DNA of 37,889 nucleotides, taken from IMG/VR virus record IMGVR_UViG_3300009068_000085, positions 1-37,889 of that record; one strand, 5' to 3'. The notes under the pieces are model-generated. The model ran no database searches. It was not told the origin of the DNA and saw nothing but the letters and a program-made list of their open reading frames with translations. Source of the DNA: a virus (taxonomy: Duplodnaviria > Caudoviricetes). Shown here one piece after another: positions 25,985-33,087 of the stretch (position 1 is the stretch's first letter; each line of letters opens with the position of its first letter). The position numbers and the translations under genes are program-made.

Positions 25985-28717
25985 TTACGTTGGAATCTGT
26001 GTCCAGCCGGGAGTCTGTGGGTTGAAAATATCAGTCCAAACCGGATTTTGCGCCGTGCCTATTGTAGTCCAATTTGGCGTTTGCGAGTCATCAATTGGTT
26101 CCCATAAGAGTCGGGCAGTGATTACCGCCGCGCCGGTAGCAGCTTCTGTAACGGCAATACCAAAGGAACCAACGTTTGATATCGCATCTTGACCCGTTGC
26201 GGATTCTACAATCGCAATGTTAAACGTGCCGCCAATACCAAGTGCGTCTAAACCAGAAGCAATCTCATTAATGATTACGGCGTAAGCCAAAGCGTTTGTA
26301 CTAGCGTCTGCGCCCGAAGCCGACTCAGATACAGCCAAAGTAAACAGAATATCGGCAACGGCAAGATCTGCGCCCGCAGCGGTTTCGGCAACGCTTGCGG
26401 TTAGAGTGGCAATTGAACTGATGGAATCAACGCCACTGGCCGACTCAGATACGGCAATGTTGAACGTGCCGGTATTACTTATGGCGTCCGCCCCAGCCGC
26501 CGTTTCAGCAATGTCTAGGCTAAACGTGGCTTTGGCGGAGACAGACTCAACACCACTCGCCGTTTCGGTAACGGCAACAGAAAAGAAAACATTTCCTGAT
26601 ACGACATCAAGCCCAGAAGCGGTTTCTGCAATCGCCCCAACAAAAGAAGCAACGGCGTTTGCTACATCCGCCCCCGCTGCGGATTCAATGATGCTGTCGT
26701 TATATACAAAACCAGAAGGCAGACCAATCACAGCATCCAAACCGGACGCTAGTTCGTCTATGCTAAGACTAAATGTGACAGTGCTGGTGATAGCATCCGC
26801 GCCAGACGCGGACTCAGTGACCGCCGAAGAGATTGTTAGCGCATTGGATACAGAATCAGCTCCAGAAGCAGCTTCAGATATAGCAGAAGCAATTGTTAGC
26901 GCAGCAGATACAGAATCAGCACCAGAAGAAGCCTCGGTTATTGTGGAGTTGTCTACCGGAGCGGCTTTGGTTATGGTGTATTGGAGAACGATTAGTGGAA
27001 TGCCAGCGCGAGTACTACTTGGACCAATCCTATCAACGCTAGTCCCCCCGCCGTAACTTGGTGATACTGACGAACCGTAATTTGATGAGCTTATTGCTGC
27101 TACACCGCCGCTACCACCAGAGGGGCCGTATTGGCTACCTGTTCCCGAGTCGGTCCAAATGGCTTGCATCCCCCCTGCGCCACCGTTTTGGAAGCCGGTT
27201 GTATTTTTACCGCCACCGCCACCGCCGCCGTTTGTTCCGCTTCCAGCAATACTTGAAGCAGTTGCAGCCGCGCCGCCACCCGAGCCACTATTACCACTAC
27301 CTCCGGCCCCCGCAACCGTTGCACTAGAAGCATTATTTCCGCTAGAGGAAGACCCGCCGTTTGCGCCGCCGCCACCACCGGCTGAACCAGAACTATTTGC
27401 TGTGCTAAATGGACTCCCGCCGTTTCTACCGACTCCAGACGGACCAGCAGCGCCGCCCCCGCCGCCTGTTTTGCTAATGGTTGTGCCACCGCCAGATCCG
27501 CCATTACCACCGGCCCAAGTTGTTGAGCCTACAGAGGATGGCGATGCCGCCCCACCAGACTGACTGGGGTAAGCTGCTCCTTTGGCTAACGCGCCATTTG
27601 TAGAACTGCTTGGAGCGGAAGAGGCGGATCTATTAAACCAAGCGTCGGACGCTCCGGTAAAACCAGTGCTGGTCGTGTAATAATTTAAGTAATAAGCACC
27701 AGTGTTATTTAGCGTGCTTACATCAACCGCAGATGAAGCATATGCGCCACCACCACCGCCATACCAAGGAGCCGCCAAAACCCCGACAGACCCGCTACCA
27801 ATTGCATGGACGGTTACCGTATCTACGCCATAAGGAATGCGCCAACGGCTTGGGGTGCTTGAATTTGTTGGGCCGTTCTCATTTAATACTTCTGTGTACG
27901 AATTGCCAATCGTCACTACCGGGGTGTAGGTAACGATGATAAGACCTTGGCCTCCGGGGTTTCCACCCCCACCATAATTAACACCAGCAGGGAGGTTATT
28001 GCTTGAAGTTCCTATGCCTCCGCCGCCACCAGCGGGGCCGTATGTATTGCCAAGGTAATCAGTAAAAACTAAATCTGCACCCCCTTGCGCTCCAGCGCCA
28101 GAAACTGTGTTGGCTCCACCACCTCCGCCGTTTGTTCCTGCGGTTGGCGGGTTCCCACCAGCACCACCACCAGACCCTAAACGATTATTACCTCCTGTGC
28201 TGCTAGTGCTAGAAGCCCCTCCGTTAGCCCCGCCGCCGCCGCCTCTTGCGGAGGCTTGGTATCCATTGCCACCATTACCATTTGGCCCCGCAGCACCGCC
28301 AAAGCTATATAAATTATAATAATCTCCGCTTTCAAAGCAGGAAACATATATACCGTACCCACTCCCGCCTGAATACTTAGTATCCCCAACTCCGGTTACA
28401 CTGGAGCCGCCCAGTGCAGCACCGTCAACGCAATTCGGTATACTTGCTCCGCCTTTAGCTAATGCTCCATTTGTGGTTGAACTTGGTGCAGCGTTAGTTG
28501 TTTTATTAAACCAAGTATCCCCGGCTGTTCCGCTATTAGCCCCCGCTCCAACGCTAATATAAGCGAATGAAAGCGGAGTTAAAGCAACTGTGTTTGTTTT
28601 TGAATATGCCCCGCCGCCCGCGCTACCACCGCCAATAACTTCAATGGTCGCAGATGTGCAATCGACTGGAACCCTCCAGCGCGTACCAGACGTAATGGCA
28701 ATCGTTACGGTAGGCAT
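25985..28717 (-). CDS. 910-aa fibre-like protein: two Gly-rich domains, 14 x 20-aa stalk repeats, Trp-repeat C-terminus
   Basis: Duplicated W.VP...IG.G...GGAY...WFN...NGALAKG domain; [IV]xE.A[SA]G.D with 60-nt period; W..I...Q.P.W x3. Confidence 0.8.
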   Translation of the reverse strand: MPTVTIAITSGTRWRVPVDCTSATIEVIGGGSAGGGAYSKTNTVALTPLSFAYISVGAGANSGTAGDTWFNKTTNAAPSSTTNGALAKGGASIPNCVDGAALGGSSVTGVGDTKYSGGSGYGIYVSCFESGDYYNLYSFGGAAGPNGNGGNGYQASARGGGGGANGGASSTSSTGGNNRLGSGGGAGGNPPTAGTNGGGGGANTVSGAGAQGGADLVFTDYLGNTYGPAGGGGGIGTSSNNLPAGVNYGGGGNPGGQGLIIVTYTPVVTIGNSYTEVLNENGPTNSSTPSRWRIPYGVDTVTVHAIGSGSVGVLAAPWYGGGGGAYASSAVDVSTLNNTGAYYLNYYTTSTGFTGASDAWFNRSASSAPSSSTNGALAKGAAYPSQSGGAASPSSVGSTTWAGGNGGSGGGTTISKTGGGGGAAGPSGVGRNGGSPFSTANSSGSAGGGGGANGGSSSSGNNASSATVAGAGGSGNSGSGGGAAATASSIAGSGTNGGGGGGGKNTTGFQNGGAGGMQAIWTDSGTGSQYGPSGGSGGVAAISSSNYGSSVSPSYGGGTSVDRIGPSSTRAGIPLIVLQYTITKAAPVDNSTITEASSGADSVSAALTIASAISEAASGADSVSNALTISSAVTESASGADAITSTVTFSLSIDELASGLDAVIGLPSGFVYNDSIIESAAGADVANAVASFVGAIAETASGLDVVSGNVFFSVAVTETASGVESVSAKATFSLDIAETAAGADAISNTGTFNIAVSESASGVDSISSIATLTASVAETAAGADLAVADILFTLAVSESASGADASTNALAYAVIINEIASGLDALGIGGTFNIAIVESATGQDAISNVGSFGIAVTEAATGAAVITARLLWEPIDDSQTPNWTTIGTAQNPVWTDIFNPQTPGWTQIPT

Positions 28718-28911
28718 TAAATCACTTCCGGCGTGACTTGCTTGTTTGCCAATACGGCTGCTTCTTCAACCGTTACGATGGCTGTTCCGTTCCAAACATA
28801 TCCTTCTGGGACCACTTCTAGACGCCATCCCTCTTGAACCCAATCCGTTGGCTCGGCAACAATTAGGTTAACAAATTCGCCCTTGTCATTGAACAGCACG
28901 CACGTTGTCAT
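28717..28911 (-). CDS. small tail-fibre-associated protein
   Basis: VNLIVAE...GYVWNG motif; coupled overlaps on both sides. Confidence 0.65.
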   Translation of the reverse strand: MTTCVLFNDKGEFVNLIVAEPTDWVQEGWRLEVVPEGYVWNGTAIVTVEEAAVLANKQVTPEVI

Positions 28912-29189
28912 TCCTGCTCCCCGGCTGGAAACACGTTAATGAATATAGTGTTGTTCACTAACGCCTCTACCTCGTGCCATTCGCGCTCCTTGAGGATCAC
29001 GGGAACAGTGTCTTTGTCCATCTCTTTGTAAAGGTTCTCTTTACGGATGGCGGCTTGACCGGCAACGCACATAGTCAGGTGAGCAAACGTATGCTCATGA
29101 CGGGGAAGACCCTCCCCCGTGTTTGCGTGGTAGACCGAGAACCTTACCTTATCGTAAAGGAAGGTATAAGTAGGGGGAATGTTCTTCAT
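28908..29189 (-). CDS. cupin-domain protein
   Basis: GEGLPRHEHTFAHLTMCVAG...WHEVEAL..NTIFINVF metal-binding His pattern. Confidence 0.8.
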   Translation of the reverse strand: MKNIPPTYTFLYDKVRFSVYHANTGEGLPRHEHTFAHLTMCVAGQAAIRKENLYKEMDKDTVPVILKEREWHEVEALVNNTIFINVFPAGEQE

Positions 29190-29202
29190 ACCCCATCCCC
29201 GA

Positions 29203-29721
29203 TTAAGTTGCAGTCAAGCTAAACGTGTAGGTGACGTTGAGCGTATCGCCGTTAACAACCGTGCGGTCGCCGCCAGTGAAGTCCGAAGCGGAGAACAGAG
29301 TTCCAGTAGTACCAGACTTTGCGCTGCCGCTTGTCAGAAACGCGCCACCAACCGTGCCGCCCGCGTTGATCGAGAACACAGCAACCGACGCCGAGTTAGT
29401 AACAACAGATGGGTTAGCAGTAGTGGCAGTTGCAAAAGTTGCAGCTACACGGGTCGCTTGGCTGTAGTTTGTAACTTCAGTCCACCCAGCATGGCTCGCC
29501 ATAGTGTCGCCAGCGGCAGGGGTGTTTGATGCCCCAGCGCCATACAAGCCAATGTACCAAGTGGTAATTTGCGTAACACTGGTTAACGCCGTTCCAGCCA
29601 TATACTGAATACCGGTGTTAACAACCAAGTTGTTGTTACCTTCTTCCCATTTCAAATCGCCGTTTTCATCGTAGCAGAGAACGTGAAACCGACCTGAAGC
29701 AGCTAATTTTTCCATTTTCAT
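29203..29721 (-). CDS. virion structural (tail-associated) protein
   Basis: KWE...NLVVNTG...WYIGL...GTLFSASDF...GDTLNVTYTF; beta-rich sequence. Confidence 0.7.
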   Translation of the reverse strand: MKMEKLAASGRFHVLCYDENGDLKWEEGNNNLVVNTGIQYMAGTALTSVTQITTWYIGLYGAGASNTPAAGDTMASHAGWTEVTNYSQATRVAATFATATTANPSVVTNSASVAVFSINAGGTVGGAFLTSGSAKSGTTGTLFSASDFTGGDRTVVNGDTLNVTYTFSLTAT

Positions 29722-29725
29722 TCCT

Positions 29726-30142
29726 TTAAGAGCGAATCAACGCGCTAGTAGCCGTGTTGGCCGGTAGAGTAACAACAAACGGGGTTGCAGTTGTTGCAAC
29801 CTTGTCCGAACCAAAATTTAAAACAGCAATAGATTTATTGCTTTTAGTGGAATTGTAAATCAAAGCACCCCTACAGGTAAAAGAAACATTAGACCATGAG
29901 GGATTGTTAAAGCTAATGTAAACAGTTGCTCCAGAGGTGGTCACCGTTACATTGATAAGTGTCTGACCACCGGCTGTGTAGTTTGCACTTGATACTTCGT
30001 TGACTGATGTGTAGGCCGTTGTGTCCGCGTTTAAATTTGCTGCTGCGGTGTACAAAGCCATCTTTAACGTGTCGGTTGCTAGATTCTGCCCCGCCGTATA
30101 GCAATCGTATTTAAACGATGTCGTAATGGTTTGAGTGATCAT
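29726..30142 (-). CDS. virion structural (tail/fibre-attachment) protein
   Basis: TTSFK...DTLKMALYT...NYTAGG..L...RGALIYN...VLNFGSDK. Confidence 0.7.
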   Translation of the reverse strand: MITQTITTSFKYDCYTAGQNLATDTLKMALYTAAANLNADTTAYTSVNEVSSANYTAGGQTLINVTVTTSGATVYISFNNPSWSNVSFTCRGALIYNSTKSNKSIAVLNFGSDKVATTATPFVVTLPANTATSALIRS

Positions 30143-30816
30143 ATAACTTTGTACTTAGGAGAACCATTGCGGTAAGAATCACCTTTTTCTTTGGCATCAC
30201 CCAGTTGCTTGAGAAGAACCATTGCGCTCTCTGCGCGTGACTTGTACAAGGCAACCATATCCTGTTCGCCTTTCATATAAGTCAATGCTTCCATAAGACT
30301 ATAGTTAAGCAACGCAATATCAAAGTTATCACCAAGCCAAGACGTTCCAGTTGGATTTGTTGCTGATGTAACAATTGATTCGGGGTAATAAAAATAGTGA
30401 AGTTCTAGGTTGTATATGGCGTCTGGCGTTGGACCAAGAAGAAAAGTTAGCTCTGTTGTTAAGTCTGAACGCGGTCCAAACAAAGAGTAATAGACTGGTT
30501 GCCCGGTATCCGTTGGACTGGGATATGCCTGTCTAATGAAGTTAACGTCTTTGTTTAACAGATATGCATAATTTCCAGTTGCATCAATTACTGCAAAAGA
30601 AAACGCAGCTAAATAGTCAATTGGACAAGAAACGTATTTGTTATTAGTGGTTGTAACGCCAGTTACGTTCTTACGCAACGATGGCAATTGAACAGAGTTA
30701 TAAATAGTCTGTTCAGCTTGCTTAATAAACCGATTGATGATGCTGGGCGTTGTTGAATAGTCAAAACTATTCTCCGAATACGTTTGAATCGCCGCAACCA
30801 ACTCGGTGTAGGTCAT
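30139..30816 (-). CDS. head-tail adaptor-type protein
   Basis: MTYTELVAAIQTY.E...FIKQAE..IY...GPTPD..Y..ELHYFYYPESI...LL..SL.EA..YMKGE. Confidence 0.7.
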   Translation of the reverse strand: MTYTELVAAIQTYSENSFDYSTTPSIINRFIKQAEQTIYNSVQLPSLRKNVTGVTTTNNKYVSCPIDYLAAFSFAVIDATGNYAYLLNKDVNFIRQAYPSPTDTGQPVYYSLFGPRSDLTTELTFLLGPTPDAIYNLELHYFYYPESIVTSATNPTGTSWLGDNFDIALLNYSLMEALTYMKGEQDMVALYKSRAESAMVLLKQLGDAKEKGDSYRNGSPKYKVI

Positions 30817-31073
30817 GCCATCGGACCCCTACACATCACGCCTTTTGTTGCTGCGCCTACGCCACGCATCTTGATGCCCGATGTTTTGGTTTCAGGGTAA
30901 GGTTTGCTTTTAACAGCATTAACGCTTACAACCATATTGTCAAGTTGGTCGCCTTTGTCTGATTTGCCATAACCATTGCCAAGCTCAACCTTTGGGCTTG
31001 ATCCAGTATGGGGTTTGGCATAGACACTAGCCGGTCCAATCTCTTTTCCGCCTTTTTTCATAGAGAATGCCAT
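30813..31073 (-). CDS. small basic virion-associated protein
   Basis: C-terminal GIKMRGVGAATKG...RGPMA and an N-terminal MKKGG motif. Confidence 0.7.
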   Translation of the reverse strand: MAFSMKKGGKEIGPASVYAKPHTGSSPKVELGNGYGKSDKGDQLDNMVVSVNAVKSKPYPETKTSGIKMRGVGAATKGVMCRGPMA

Positions 31074-31075
31074 GA

Positions 31076-31234
31076 TTACCTCTGGTTCATTGCGCGGGAC
31101 ATGTTCTTCCCGTACTTCTTGCGGTCAAGACTGGTAGGTCCGCCTTTCTTCATGCCGTGCATTTTTTTCTCATGCCCTTTCACCGCTTTCGCGGATTCGA
31201 CATCAGCAATGCCTTTAACTTCTTTACGGTTCAT
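31076..31234 (-). CDS. 52-aa basic protein (MNRKEVKGIAD...HEKKMHGMKKGGPTSLDRKKYGKNMSRAMNQR)
   Basis: Translated by hand; AGGA RBS; exactly fills the gap; not in the ORF track. Confidence 0.8.
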   Translation of the reverse strand: MNRKEVKGIADVESAKAVKGHEKKMHGMKKGGPTSLDRKKYGKNMSRAMNQR

Positions 31235-31242
31235 GTTAAATC

Positions 31243-31665
31243 CTAAGTTATTGTTACGCTACTAAGTGTAAAGCTAAACACCAGCGCATTTGGTGTCAAG
31301 CCATTATCAATTCCTTGAGAGCCACCCACTGGTTGCCAGCCCCATTCAAAAACCCTGCTACCTTCTTCTGGGTATCCATTTTGATTGACATTAGTTCCGC
31401 TTGTGTTACTTGTTCCAATTCCGCTGTTTCCGGATTGATAATAACTTATATCTGGTCTAGGTTCCCTGACTGCCTGCGGGTCATAAACTGGATATAACCC
31501 CAATGACAACTGCGGCTGATCCGGGTCCCAGCATTCAGGACAAACTTTAATCTGAAAAAGTTTTGTCTTTATGACTTCGTTCTTAAGCTCACTTAACTTA
31601 TAACGCTGACCACAACGGTCGCATTCAGCAATTGAGAACTTGCCAGATGCGTACTTATTTGCCAT
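31243..31665 (-). CDS. Zn-ribbon phage protein
   Basis: CDRCG...VCPECWD.DQPQL...DPQAVREPRPD. Confidence 0.75.
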   Translation of the reverse strand: MANKYASGKFSIAECDRCGQRYKLSELKNEVIKTKLFQIKVCPECWDPDQPQLSLGLYPVYDPQAVREPRPDISYYQSGNSGIGTSNTSGTNVNQNGYPEEGSRVFEWGWQPVGGSQGIDNGLTPNALVFSFTLSSVTIT

Positions 31666-32579
31666 TAGAAGAACATTTGTCGGGGAGCCAAGCGCAAGGA
31701 AGCCTTTTCACGGTCTTCGTCTGCGGCAAGCTGCCATTGCTCGTCGTATTGGCTTTTGAGCATTGCAACTCTGTCTGCCGCTTCTGGAATTTTGACTGCC
31801 AAGTAATAAGACAAGCCAGCGATGAGGCAAGGAAGGAATCGAAACGGGATGTCTTCGGTTTTTGTTCCTGAGCCAACATCTTGAATTCTCCTCATGCGCC
31901 AGTAAACAAATGTATAAGAGCCGCCAGCATTTGCTGTAGGCCAGATATTGATTGTAGTGCTGTTAACTACAGAGATTACCGCGCCAGCAGTATGGCTTGC
32001 TGCGGTCGTCCCGTTCTGACCACGGTTACACAATTGTAGGACGTTACCCAATACGCTTGTGAAGTAGATCTGTTCGTTATCAATTTGAATGTACCCTGCA
32101 CCACCTAAACCAGATGCATCACTGACTGTAATAGACGTATCAGTTGCATTGATTGAAGTGGATAGGGTTACCGAGGTCGTATAACTAGAGTTAGTCTGCC
32201 GGTTAATCCAAACTTGAATAGGCCGACCTTGGGCAAGTTTGTTTGGAATCGTGGAGTAAGTTGATTCCGATATCCGCGTAATGCTAATGTCTTGCTGGTT
32301 GGTGGTAGCTTGATTCTGCCTGATTACATGATCAAGCAAATCAATAGTGTCTGAAGGAAGAGGATAAGCAACCTGCCCTTGCACAAGAGGAATCTCCCCT
32401 TGTTCAATTGTCCACAGATTGATGCCTTTGTTTGCCCATTCTATGGTCATTAGATTCATAGAACGGCGAGCAGTACGAAGCTGATACCCGCTTCGCATCT
32501 CAACACCGCAACGCTCATAGCACTCTTCTGCTATCTCATTGAACGTTAGGTTAAACGTGGCGGTGCCGGAGGTGCTCAT
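31665..32579 (-). CDS. adaptor / tail tubular protein A-like, with inserted beta domain
   Basis: TARRSMNL...EWANKGINLWT...IPNK..QGRP.Q...PFRFLPCLIAGLSYYL...EDRE; insert GYIQIDNEQI.Y...RGQNGTTAASH. Confidence 0.75.
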   Translation of the reverse strand: MSTSGTATFNLTFNEIAEECYERCGVEMRSGYQLRTARRSMNLMTIEWANKGINLWTIEQGEIPLVQGQVAYPLPSDTIDLLDHVIRQNQATTNQQDISITRISESTYSTIPNKLAQGRPIQVWINRQTNSSYTTSVTLSTSINATDTSITVSDASGLGGAGYIQIDNEQIYFTSVLGNVLQLCNRGQNGTTAASHTAGAVISVVNSTTINIWPTANAGGSYTFVYWRMRRIQDVGSGTKTEDIPFRFLPCLIAGLSYYLAVKIPEAADRVAMLKSQYDEQWQLAADEDREKASLRLAPRQMFF

Positions 32580-32809
32580 CTAAATTTTGCCGTTTTTTTA
32601 GCAATGGTTTTTGGTTGGGCTACAAACTGTTTGCCCGCTTTCTTACCTTCACGTTTTGCTTTGGTTGTCGCCGCATATTCTGCGGAGCTAAGACTGTTAA
32701 TCGCCGCTTCCGGCAAATACCGTTCCCCGGTTTTGCTTGAAGGCTTACCGCTCTTGGTGCGCCATTTTTGGTCACCCCAATCTTTAAGGGATTGTTGCGG
32801 GGTTTTCAA
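32576..32809 (-). CDS. small basic protein, DUF5872-like C-terminal half
   Basis: SLKDWGDQKWRTKSG...ERYLP...EYAATTKAKR...KQFV; TTG start overlaps the upstream TGA. Confidence 0.65.
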   Translation of the reverse strand: MKTPQQSLKDWGDQKWRTKSGKPSSKTGERYLPEAAINSLSSAEYAATTKAKREGKKAGKQFVAQPKTIAKKTAKFR

Positions 32810-33084
32810 TCTCGATAGCCTCCACCTGCTGCTTTATATTTTTTAGCAACAAGCTGTGCTTTACGAGCCGACCAAAGCCCCGCTCCAGTTCCTTGGGTTG
32901 CCGCAGCTTTTACTTGAGAAACAATTCGTTTGCGAAGACTGGGTTTTGTATAGTTACCGGCAGCATTAACACTACCGCCTTTGGCATAAATGTCAACTTC
33001 ATCAGGGTTGTCTTTTCGTTTGACAACCCGTTTCCCCGGCATTTTAGAGGGATTGACTGCCCCCATCCCGCGAGAAGGGCGCAT
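32806..33084 (-). CDS. small basic protein, DUF5872-like N-terminal half
   Basis: NYTKPSLRKRI...WSARKAQLVAKKYKAAGGGY. Confidence 0.7.
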   Translation of the reverse strand: MRPSRGMGAVNPSKMPGKRVVKRKDNPDEVDIYAKGGSVNAAGNYTKPSLRKRIVSQVKAAATQGTGAGLWSARKAQLVAKKYKAAGGGYRD

Positions 33085-33087
33085 GGC

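Noticed and set aside
27575-28465. LAKGG/LAKGA and other GG strings in the Gly-rich fibre as copies of the xxGG tag
   Set aside because: They are explained by polyglycine domain composition and were not counted.
22931-28717. Diversity-generating retroelement acting on the fibres
   Set aside because: No reverse transcriptase in the window and no TR/VR pair differing only at adenines; repeat differences are synonymous.
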